From Campylobacterota bacterium (GTDB lineage Bacteria; Campylobacterota; Campylobacteria; Campylobacterales; Thiovulaceae): 64,000 bases of DNA. The notes below the pieces were generated by a model. It saw only the letters and a list, made by a program, of their open reading frames with translations, was not told where the DNA came from and searched no databases. The stretch spans positions 201,174-265,173 of the forward strand of contig JASKOM010000001.1 in assembly GCA_030152305.1 (NCBI GenBank). The letters run 5' to 3'. The position numbers and the translations under genes are program-made. Shown here in pieces: positions 25,679-34,490 of the stretch (the stretch's first letter is position 1; each line of letters starts with the position of its first letter).

Positions 25679-27517
25679 ATGGCTAAACATGAATTTCAAA
25701 CCGAAATCAATCAGCTTTTAAATCTAATGATTCATTCTCTTTATTCAAATAAAGAGATTTTTTTACGAGAACTTGTTTCAAATAGTTCCGATGCAATCGA
25801 TAAATTAAAGTTTTTAACCGTAACAGATGACAATTATCGAAATATATCTTTTCAGCCAAAAATCGAGATTAAAATCGATAAAAATGCTAAGACTATCACA
25901 ATTAGCGATACTGGAATCGGTATGAACGATGAAGAACTTGTTGCACATTTAGGAACAATTGCAAAATCTGGAACAAAAGCTTTTGTTGAACAAATGAGCG
26001 GAGATGCAAAAAAAGATTCTCAACTTATTGGTCAATTCGGTGTAGGTTTTTATTCTGCTTTTATGGTTGCTGATAAAATCGAAGTTTTAACAAAACGAGC
26101 AAACGAAACTCGAGCTTTCAAATGGATAAGTTCAGGCAATGGCGGTTATGAAATCGTTGAATCTCAAAAAAATAATTACGGAACTGAAATTACTTTATTT
26201 GTCAAAGAAGACGAAAACGAATTTTTATCTGATCACAAAATCGAATCGATAATTAAAAAATATTCAAATCATGTTCCGTTTCCAATTTTCTTAGAAAAAG
26301 AGGTTGAATCTGAAACAGAAAATAGCGACGAAACAACTAGCAAAACTGAACAAATCAATAAAGCTTCTGCTCTTTGGACTTTAAATAAAGCTGAATTAAC
26401 CGACGAAGATTATAAAGACTTTTACGGCACAATCGCACATTCAAGCGAAGAACCATTATATTGGATTCATTCTCGAGTTGAAGGAACACTTGATTATACG
26501 ACTTTATTTTATGTTCCTGCAAAAGCACCAATGGATTTATATCGAGCTGATTGGGAAAGTGGCTTAAAGCTTTATATTAAACGAGTCTTTATTTCTGATG
26601 GCGAACGAGAACTTCTTCCGACTTATTTACGATTTGTTCGTGGTGTTGTTGATTCAGCGGATCTTCCGTTAAATGTTTCTCGAGAAATTTTACAAAATAA
26701 CCGAGTTCTCGAAAAAATCAAGACCTCATCAATCAAAAAAATATTATCTGAACTTGCTAAATTCTCAAAAAATGACGAAGAAAAATATGCAATTTTTTAT
26801 AAAGAATTTGGTAAAACGATAAAAGAAGGTCTTTATACAGATCATGCAAATCGAGATGCAATTCTTGATTTATTAAAATTTAAATCGCTTAACGGTGATA
26901 ATATTACTCTTAAAGCCTATAAAGAAAAAATGGCTGAAGGTCAAACAGAAATTTATTATCTAGCTGGTGAAAACGAAAAAATTCTCAAAAATTCGCCAAT
27001 TCTCGAACAGTTCAAAGCGAAAAAATATAATGTCTTGATTCTTGATCAAGAAGTCGATTCTATCGTTTTCCCAATGGTTCATGAATATGACAAAACTCCG
27101 TTTAAAGCTGTTTCTGAAGCTGTTTTCGAAAAAAGCAATGACGATCAAAATCATCAATCTGTGATTAATTTGTTTAAAAATGTTCTTGGCGATGAGGTTT
27201 CGGCTGTCAAAGTTTCGAAAATTCTTGTTGATGCTCCTGTTTGTATCGTAAATGATCCAGAAGATCAAAATTATATGATGGCAAAAATCATGAAACAAAT
27301 GGGCAATGCTGAAAATATTCCTGATGTAAAACCGATTCTCGAAATTAATCCAAACAATGCAATTATTAAAAAAATTGCTGAAAATCAAAATCGTGAAGCA
27401 GTCGAAGATAGCATTAAATTATTAATGGATCAAGCTAGATTATATAACGGCGAAGAATTAAAAGATTCAGTTGAGTTTTTAGCTAGATTAAATCGAACAC
27501 TTTTACGAGCTAATTAA
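25679..27517 (+). CDS. htpG: molecular chaperone HtpG (Hsp90)
   Basis: 612 aa. HSLYSNKEIFLRELVSNSSDA and GQFGVGFYSAF. Confidence 0.95.
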   Translation: MAKHEFQTEINQLLNLMIHSLYSNKEIFLRELVSNSSDAIDKLKFLTVTDDNYRNISFQPKIEIKIDKNAKTITISDTGIGMNDEELVAHLGTIAKSGTKAFVEQMSGDAKKDSQLIGQFGVGFYSAFMVADKIEVLTKRANETRAFKWISSGNGGYEIVESQKNNYGTEITLFVKEDENEFLSDHKIESIIKKYSNHVPFPIFLEKEVESETENSDETTSKTEQINKASALWTLNKAELTDEDYKDFYGTIAHSSEEPLYWIHSRVEGTLDYTTLFYVPAKAPMDLYRADWESGLKLYIKRVFISDGERELLPTYLRFVRGVVDSADLPLNVSREILQNNRVLEKIKTSSIKKILSELAKFSKNDEEKYAIFYKEFGKTIKEGLYTDHANRDAILDLLKFKSLNGDNITLKAYKEKMAEGQTEIYYLAGENEKILKNSPILEQFKAKKYNVLILDQEVDSIVFPMVHEYDKTPFKAVSEAVFEKSNDDQNHQSVINLFKNVLGDEVSAVKVSKILVDAPVCIVNDPEDQNYMMAKIMKQMGNAENIPDVKPILEINPNNAIIKKIAENQNREAVEDSIKLLMDQARLYNGEELKDSVEFLARLNRTLLRAN

Positions 27518-27527
27518 TTTTAAAAAA

Positions 27528-28364
27528 TTGAGTTCAAAACTATTAATTATCGAACGAGTCGTAGATTTAAAAAAAATTCTAGCTGACAAAAAAAATCGTT
27601 CGGTTGGCTTTGTTCCCACAATGGGAGCATTGCATAATGGACATCGAACATTAATCGAACGGGCGAGAGCCGAAAACGATTTTGTCGTTGTCTCAATCTT
27701 TGTTAATCCTACACAATTTCTCGAAGGTGAAGATTTCTCGAAATATCCGCGAACCTTTGAGAAAGATCATGAAATTTGCCGTCTTGCAAATGTTGATATT
27801 ATATTTTTGCCAACTGTCAATGAAATTTATAAAAGTGATGATATTTCTGTAATTTCTCCTATTAAACGGGGCTATATTCTCGAAGGGTTCAGTCGTCCAA
27901 ATCATTTTAACGGAGTTTTGACAGTCGTTTTAAAATTATTTAATATCGTTCAGCCGACAAAAGCATATTTTGGAAAAAAAGATGCACAGCAACTAATTTT
28001 AATAAATCAAATGGTTCAGGATTTATATTTAAATATCGAAATAGTTCCTATCGATATCGTTCGCGATCGTGATGGAGTTGCTTTAAGTTCAAGAAATGTT
28101 TATTTGTCGCAAGACGACCGAATAATTGCAAGAGCGATACCTAATTCGTTAATTTCAGCTTCAAAATTAATTATGACTGGCGAACGAAATATTATAAAAA
28201 TCGAAACTCATATTAAAAACGAATTGAAAAATTTGCAAATAGAATATGTCTCTATTTTAAAACGGGATTTAACTCAAATTGATCAAATCGAAATGGGAAA
28301 TTCAATTATATTAATCGCTTGTAAAGTTGGCGGTGTTCGACTTATTGATAACTTATGGATTTAA
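27528..28364 (+). CDS. panC: pantoate--beta-alanine ligase
   Basis: 278 aa, TTG start. VPTMGALHNGH, FGKKDAQQ, SSRN. Confidence 0.93.
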   Translation: MSSKLLIIERVVDLKKILADKKNRSVGFVPTMGALHNGHRTLIERARAENDFVVVSIFVNPTQFLEGEDFSKYPRTFEKDHEICRLANVDIIFLPTVNEIYKSDDISVISPIKRGYILEGFSRPNHFNGVLTVVLKLFNIVQPTKAYFGKKDAQQLILINQMVQDLYLNIEIVPIDIVRDRDGVALSSRNVYLSQDDRIIARAIPNSLISASKLIMTGERNIIKIETHIKNELKNLQIEYVSILKRDLTQIDQIEMGNSIILIACKVGGVRLIDNLWI

Positions 28365-28381
28365 GTTTTTATCATCAAAAT

Positions 28382-28422
28382 ACCTCATCGCAAAAAATAT
28401 TTTTAAAATTTAGTGATGAGGT
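28382..28422. terminator. inverted pair of the ACCTCATC/GATGAGGT motif forming a hairpin after panC
   Basis: tacctcatc-(N24)-gatgaggta gives 9-bp perfect arms, 18 nt after the panC stop and at the left edge of the RM cassette. Confidence 0.5.
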
Positions 28423-28454
28423 AATTAGAAAAATTATTTAAAGTAAAAGGATAG

Positions 28455-29558
28455 ATGAACAAATATAAAACTATTGATCTATTTTGCGGAATAGGTGGTA
28501 TCAGAAAAGGTTTTGAATTAACAGGTCATTTTGACAATATTTTATCTGCCGAAATTGACAAATATGCCTGTGCGACTTACAAACATCTTTATGGCGACAA
28601 TCCATTTAATGATGTAACAAGTGATAAATTTAAAGAAAAAATACAGCAATCTTATTATGATGTTTTACTTGCGGGTTTTCCGTGTCAGTCCTTTTCAATA
28701 GCAGGAGATAAAAAAGGATTTCGAGATACTACAAGAGGGACACTATTTTTTCATATAGCAGATATTATCAAAATTAGTAAGCCAAAAGCTTTTTTGCTTG
28801 AAAATGTTGAAGGTTTATATAGACATGATAAAGGAAATACTTTTAAGATTATTATTAATACTTTGGTTAAAGAGTTGAATTATAAAGTTGTTGGTGTTGA
28901 TGAGGTCGATGGAGAATTGAAATACATTTCAGAATCTTTTTTACGAAAAACAACAGATTTTGGCTTACCACAAAAAAGAGTTAGAACTTATATCGTTGGA
29001 TTTTTAAATGAAATAGTTCCTGATAATTATAAATTAAAACCTTTGCCACATAAAAATAATAAAACGATTTTTAAAAACTTAAATAATCTACTAGAACAAG
29101 ATGTATCTGCAAAATATTATTTGTCAGAACAGTATATAAATACACTTGAAAAACATAAAGCAACTCATAAATCTAAAGGTAATGGATTCGGATATAAAAT
29201 TGTTAATATTGGAGAAAATCCTATTGCAAATACAATTTTGGCAACAGGTGGCAGTGGAAAAGAAAGAAATTTAATTTTTCAAGAAAAACCTGAATACAAT
29301 GGTCAAATGTTTGGTAATAAACAAAGTCCAATTAATGACCAAGGTATAAGAACAATGACACCAAATGAATGGGCAAGGCTTCAAGGATTTAAAGATTATG
29401 CTTTTATGCAAAATGGTATTGATACTTTTTCATTTCCTCAAGAAGTTAGTGAAACCCAACAATATAAACAGTTAGGTAACAGTGTTTCAATTCCTGTTAT
29501 TGAAGAATTAGCAAATTATATTTTTCAAACTTTAGAGGATTTACAAAATGGGATTTAA
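28455..29558 (+). CDS. DNA (cytosine-5)-methyltransferase
   Basis: 367 aa. Motif I DLFCGIGG, motif IV GFPCQSFS, motif VI ENV, motif VIII QKRVR, motif X GNSVSIPV. Confidence 0.93.
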   Translation: MNKYKTIDLFCGIGGIRKGFELTGHFDNILSAEIDKYACATYKHLYGDNPFNDVTSDKFKEKIQQSYYDVLLAGFPCQSFSIAGDKKGFRDTTRGTLFFHIADIIKISKPKAFLLENVEGLYRHDKGNTFKIIINTLVKELNYKVVGVDEVDGELKYISESFLRKTTDFGLPQKRVRTYIVGFLNEIVPDNYKLKPLPHKNNKTIFKNLNNLLEQDVSAKYYLSEQYINTLEKHKATHKSKGNGFGYKIVNIGENPIANTILATGGSGKERNLIFQEKPEYNGQMFGNKQSPINDQGIRTMTPNEWARLQGFKDYAFMQNGIDTFSFPQEVSETQQYKQLGNSVSIPVIEELANYIFQTLEDLQNGI

Positions 29559-30572
29559 TAAAGGAGAGTGGTCTGAATTATATACAATTTTATATTTACT
29601 TAAAAATCAAAATTTAATTATAGTTGATGAAAACTTGCAAATTATAACAGACAAATTATTTAAATTATTGGAAATACTTTTCAGTGATAAGAAATATAAA
29701 ATAGATAATAGTTATGTAATAAAAATTTTTAACAATAGTGATAAAAGTCAAAATTATCAAATTAGCTATTTATCTGAACAAATGAATATATTATTAAATA
29801 AAATAGTTAGTCATCAACAAGCCAACGGTTCATTTCAAATTGCTGAAATTCAACCTTTAATTAACGATTTTTTGATGGTAAAAAACCTAAAGGTAGTTCA
29901 AATATAAAGGCAGATTTGGAAACTAAGGTTTTAGACAACCATCGTAATATGGCAATATTGCTTAAATATAATATTAAGTCAAACTTGGGAAATCCTGCAA
30001 CATTATTAAATGCTTCTAATCATACGAATTTTATCTATGAAGTAACTAATATTAATGATTCTATTATGTATCAATCTAATGCTATAAGCACTCATAAAAA
30101 ACTATTGGATAAATACAATTTCTTAAAAAACAACAAAGCTAGTATTAATTTTGTTAATACAGAAAGCGAAGTTTTTAAAAATAACTTAAAATTAATTGAC
30201 TCAAAGCTTGACGAAATACTGGCTAAGATACTATTAATATCTTATGATAATAACAACAAAGATATAAATGAACTTTTGTCAATAATTTCAGTTAATGATT
30301 ATGAACATATGTTTTATAAAAAGAAAATAGGTGATTTTGCAAATGCGGTTACTTTTGGAATGAGAGCAGGAGAAATATGGAATGGCATAAATGAAGTTAA
30401 TGGAGGTATTTTACTTGTTACAAAAACAGGAGAAGTATATTTACTTGATTTAATTTATTACAAATATATTGTTGATAGATATTTAATTGATAACATTAAG
30501 CTAGATAGTCCTAGTTCTACTAGATATAAAATGTTTGATATTTATAAAGAAAATGATAGATATTTTTTTTAA
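29548..30572 (+). pseudogene. HpaII-like Type II restriction endonuclease, split by a frameshift at a T-run (about 29868-29874)
   Basis: ORF1 starts with NKGEWSELYTILYLLK. ORF2's frame is open from 29865 and reads FFDGKKPKGSSNIKADLETKV...NIKSNLGNPATLLNASNHTNFIYEV. Both halves match the HpaII-family pattern as I recall it. The frames differ by one nucleotide around gattttttgatgg. Confidence 0.6.
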
Positions 30573-30730
30573 GTTAAATTTACAAATAAGATTTAAATAA
30601 CTGCCATTTGAAAATATTTTCAAATAAATTAAAATTAAATAAGTTAATAAGAATAAATTCGTGGAATTTAAAAAAAAGAAGATTTTCGTCATCCTGAAGC
30701 GGTATCTCTTGTAACTTGTTTCTGGATCTT

Positions 30731-30822
30731 TTGATTTTTGTGTAGTTTGTTAAAAAGAGGAAAACCTCATCGGCGAGAAATAGATTTTTAAATCTAGCGA
30801 TTAGGTTTTGAGAGAAGTTAGT
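30731..30822. repeat. junction repeat copy c (degenerate left arm, ACCTCATC, GA-rich tail)
   Basis: ttgatttttgtgtagtttgttaaaaagaggaaaacctcatcggcgagaaatagatttttaaatctagcgattaggttttgagagaagttag. Similar to copies a and b. Sits at the right edge of the RM cassette. Confidence 0.4.
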
Positions 30823-30825
30823 TAG

Positions 30826-31302
30826 CTAAATGGCTATTTTTAATGTAGGTCTTTCGACTTTATAAACTGATGATGTGTCATTTGAACATCTTCGACCACA
30901 ATTAGGACATCTACTGCTATTAATCCATATGTCATTATTATCAGAACCAAATTTTTTGTTATATAGTTCAATAGTTTCATACCAAGCATTTTTTAAATTT
31001 TCAGCATCTTCTTTACCTCGCATTCCAAAATATGGAAAATGATGTAAAAAATGACCAAAAATCATATCACAATCTTCTTGATATTTTAGGGTATCCAATA
31101 TATGAAAATGCCAAAATTCATCTACTGGTTTCGCTGGAACAATCGCTAAATTTGAATATTCTAAACAAAGGGACAAATATTTTTTATATTCTATTTCAAT
31201 TTGTTTTGCATATTCAAAAGACCAACCTAGTCCTTCATCATTATCCATTAGCTTAATAATAATTGGATCTAAGTTTAAAGAATTTATTTTTTCTTCGATC
31301 AT
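30826..31302 (-). CDS. hypothetical protein with a DUF1399-like (glycine-rich-domain-protein-like) core
   Basis: 158 aa. EFWHFHILDTLKYQEDCDMIFGHFLHHFPY resembles the fWHxHxLxTxxYxxxC signature. C-terminal CPNCGRRC. Confidence 0.4.
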   Translation of the reverse strand: MIEEKINSLNLDPIIIKLMDNDEGLGWSFEYAKQIEIEYKKYLSLCLEYSNLAIVPAKPVDEFWHFHILDTLKYQEDCDMIFGHFLHHFPYFGMRGKEDAENLKNAWYETIELYNKKFGSDNNDIWINSSRCPNCGRRCSNDTSSVYKVERPTLKIAI

Positions 31303-31329
31303 ATTTCTATACCTTTATTTTGTAACAAA

Positions 31330-31566
31330 CTATTTTTTTATACACTCGTATATTATTTTACATTTATAACTATTACCGTTGTTCCTTTTTTCACATATTT
31401 TATCAATGATTTTGACAGTGTTGTTACTTGAACAATTTACTTGGTAATGAGCATTTGTTGTAGCATGACTTATTGTTCCGCCATTGCCTTCAGCTGTTTG
31501 CCCCCACAAGTTAGAAGTTAACCCAATTGCAACAAAACCTAAAAAGGCTAACTTTTTGAATTTCAT
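31330..31566 (-). CDS. small secreted cysteine-containing protein (hypothetical)
   Basis: 78 aa. Signal peptide (MKFKKLAFLGFVAIGLTSNLWGQ). The mature part has 4 Cys (C45, C58, C69, C75). Lies immediately upstream of, and co-oriented with, 30826-31302. Confidence 0.45.
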   Translation of the reverse strand: MKFKKLAFLGFVAIGLTSNLWGQTAEGNGGTISHATTNAHYQVNCSSNNTVKIIDKICEKRNNGNSYKCKIIYECIKK

Positions 31567-31780
31567 TTTTCAAACTCCTATTTTTTACAATCAATTTATA
31601 TTTCACCCGTCAAAAAACGAGCTGTCAAATTGTAAAAAAAAAACGGTTTTGTCAAATCGAGTTTTAAATTAATAAATATTTAACAAAAATAGTTTTATAA
31701 ATACGTTTCACGGTTAAAATAGTTAAGTTCAATTTTTGCATATCACAGCAAAGTATATTTACAAAACACAACTAAACAAA

Positions 31781-31811
31781 CTTGACATAGCTAGACTCAA
31801 TGTTGTAATAT
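31781..31811 (+). promoter_or_regulatory. clpB promoter (TTGACA-N18-TAATAT) overlapped by a HAIR-like inverted repeat
   Basis: CTTGACA-tagctag-ACTCAAT matches 11 of 14 positions of the HspR HAIR consensus CTTGAGT-N7-ACTCAAG. The -10 TAATAT is at 31806-31811 and the ATG at 31848. Confidence 0.4.
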
Positions 31812-31847
31812 TTCGCACGAAAATTTAAAATTAAATTGGAGTGAAAT

Positions 31848-34352
31848 ATGGCAAATATTTTAGAAAAACTTACCTCATCGCTAAATGAAAATCTCGAAAA
31901 AAGTATTTCGTTGGCACTTTCTTCAGGCAACAGCGAAATTGAACCTATTCATCTATTTTGGAATTTAACAGTTGAAACAAATTCTATTTTACGACAGGCT
32001 CTTAATAAATTAGGCGAAGAACCACGAAATTATGAATTAAAAATTAAAAGCGAAATATCTAAATTATCAAGTAGCACAGGTTTAACAAAAGATAATATAA
32101 AAATTTCAAGACGAATGATCGATTCGTTAAATAAAGCCGAAGCCGTTGCAACTCAAAACGGTGATAAATATATCGCTGTTGATAGTTGGATTGAAGCAAA
32201 TATAAAAGATTATAAAAATATTTTTGTTAATTACATGGAAATTGTTAAAACTTTGAATTCGATTCGTGGCGGTCAAAAAATAGATTCTCAAACTGGTGAT
32301 GAAAATTTAGAAGCACTTGCAAAATTTACGATCGATTTAAATAAAAAAGCTATCGAAGGCAAATTAGATCCTGTGATTGGTCGCGACGAAGAAATCGAAC
32401 GAACTATTCAAATATTAATTAGAAAAACGAAAAATAATCCTATTTTATTAGGCGAACCAGGAGTCGGGAAAACGGCACTTGTCGAAGGTTTAGCTTCTCG
32501 AATTGTTCGAGGCGATGTGCCAAATTCTTTAAAAAATAAAAAAATATTAAATTTAGATATGACTTCGCTTGTTGCTGGTGCAAAATATCGAGGCGAATTC
32601 GAAGATCGTCTTCAGGCAGTTGTTCGAGAAGTTAAAAATGCTGGAAATATTATTTTATTTATCGATGAAATTCATGTAATTATTGGTGCTGGTGCAAGTG
32701 AAGGAAGCATGGATGCCGCGAATATTCTTAAACCTGCTCTTGCTCGTGGCGAATTGCGAACAATTGGAGCAACGACATTAAAAGAATATAGAAAATATTT
32801 CGAAAAAGATACGGCTTTGCAACGACGATTTCAACCTGTTAATCTCTCTGAACCGACAGTCCCTCAAGCTTTGCAAATTTTACGGGGCTTAAAAGAGCGA
32901 CTCGAAACTCATCATAATATTTCGATTACAGATTCGGCTCTTGTTTCGGCTGTTAAATTAAGCGACAGATATATTTCTGATCGTTTTTTACCTGATAAAG
33001 CTATTGATTTAATTGACGAAGCATCAGCTGAATTACGAATGCAAATCGAAAGCGAACCTTTTCCACTTTCTCAAGCTAAAAGATTAATTGCTCAAATTCG
33101 TGTTGAACAAGAAGCTTTAAAAATGGAAGGTGTCGAAAAAAATCGTCTCGATGAGGTTGAAAAAGAGTTAGCTTTTGCTGAAAAACGACGAGCCGATCTC
33201 GAAGAAAAATTTGAAAATGAAAAACGAGTTTTTAAACAAATTGCTGATACAAAAAGCGAAATCGAATCTAAAAAAAGCGAAATTTCAAGATTAGAATCTG
33301 AAGGCAAATATGAATCTGTTGCTAAATTAAAATATGGAACTATTCCTGATCTTGAAAAAAGAGTTGATTTATTAATTAAAAGTTGGGATGAAATGCAAAA
33401 AACTGGAACTTTATTAAAAAATAAAGTTGATGATGAAAGCATTGCAAAAGTTTTAAGTCGATGGACTGGAATTCCTGTTTCAAAAATGTTGCAATCCGAA
33501 CGAGACAAAATTATAAATATCGAAGAATATTTAAATAAAGAGGTAATTTCTCAAGAAAATGCAATTCGGGCAGTTGCAAAAGCGATTAAACGAAATCGAG
33601 CAGGTTTATCAGATGGCAATCGTCCAATTGGTAGCTTTTTATTTTTAGGTTCAACAGGTGTTGGAAAAACCGAAACAGCAAAAGCATTAGCTAGATTTTT
33701 ATTTGATAGCGAAAATTCGATGATCAGATTTGACATGAGCGAATATATGGAAAAACATTCTGTTTCGAAATTAATTGGTGCTTCAGCTGGTTATGTCGGC
33801 TACGACGAAGGCGGTCAATTAACTGAAGCAGTTCGACGAAAACCGTATTCTGTTTTATTGTTCGACGAAATCGAAAAGGCTCATCGAGATGTTTGGAATA
33901 TTTTATTACAGGTTCTTGACGATGGCAGATTGACAGATAATAAAGGTGTTACAGTTGATTTTCGAAATACGATCGTTATTTTGACTTCGAATTTGCAACA
34001 AGATAAATTAGGCGAATTTTTCAGACCTGAATTTTTAAATCGACTTGACGAAATCGTTAATTTTAAACGACTTGAACAAAACGATATTATTAAAATTCTC
34101 GAGATTTTTATTAAAAAGATTGAGAAAAAAGTTGCTGAACGAGGCTTAAAAATATCGCTTTCAGGTTCGGCAAAAAATTATATTGCAAATATTGGTTTCG
34201 ATGAGGTTTATGGAGCAAGACCATTAAAACGAGCTTTATACGAAGAAATCGAAGATCGACTTGCTGATTTAATTCTCGAAGATAAAATAAAAGATGGCGA
34301 TTTGATAAATTTTGATTTTGTTAATAACGAAATAGTTACAAAAATAAATTAA
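31848..34352 (+). CDS. clpB: ATP-dependent chaperone ClpB
   Basis: 834 aa. Two AAA+ modules (GEPGVGKTA; GSTGVGKTE), a long middle coiled coil, and the GARPLKR sensor. Confidence 0.95.
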   Translation: MANILEKLTSSLNENLEKSISLALSSGNSEIEPIHLFWNLTVETNSILRQALNKLGEEPRNYELKIKSEISKLSSSTGLTKDNIKISRRMIDSLNKAEAVATQNGDKYIAVDSWIEANIKDYKNIFVNYMEIVKTLNSIRGGQKIDSQTGDENLEALAKFTIDLNKKAIEGKLDPVIGRDEEIERTIQILIRKTKNNPILLGEPGVGKTALVEGLASRIVRGDVPNSLKNKKILNLDMTSLVAGAKYRGEFEDRLQAVVREVKNAGNIILFIDEIHVIIGAGASEGSMDAANILKPALARGELRTIGATTLKEYRKYFEKDTALQRRFQPVNLSEPTVPQALQILRGLKERLETHHNISITDSALVSAVKLSDRYISDRFLPDKAIDLIDEASAELRMQIESEPFPLSQAKRLIAQIRVEQEALKMEGVEKNRLDEVEKELAFAEKRRADLEEKFENEKRVFKQIADTKSEIESKKSEISRLESEGKYESVAKLKYGTIPDLEKRVDLLIKSWDEMQKTGTLLKNKVDDESIAKVLSRWTGIPVSKMLQSERDKIINIEEYLNKEVISQENAIRAVAKAIKRNRAGLSDGNRPIGSFLFLGSTGVGKTETAKALARFLFDSENSMIRFDMSEYMEKHSVSKLIGASAGYVGYDEGGQLTEAVRRKPYSVLLFDEIEKAHRDVWNILLQVLDDGRLTDNKGVTVDFRNTIVILTSNLQQDKLGEFFRPEFLNRLDEIVNFKRLEQNDIIKILEIFIKKIEKKVAERGLKISLSGSAKNYIANIGFDEVYGARPLKRALYEEIEDRLADLILEDKIKDGDLINFDFVNNEIVTKIN

Positions 34353-34357
34353 TTTTT

Positions 34358-34388
34358 TGCCGTGTCAATATCAAATTTGGCACGGAAT
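34358..34388. terminator. CCGTG...CACGGAA hairpin after clpB (same stem family)
   Basis: tgccgtg-tcaatatcaaatttgg-cacggaat starts 6 nt after the clpB stop. Confidence 0.45.
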
Positions 34389-34490
34389 AACATGTTTTTC
34401 ACCAGAAACACCGAATCTCTTTTTGAAAGTGGTTAAATTATGACTGTCCAATTTGGATATCTCTTTCAAATGGGTGATGTTGCAAAAATA

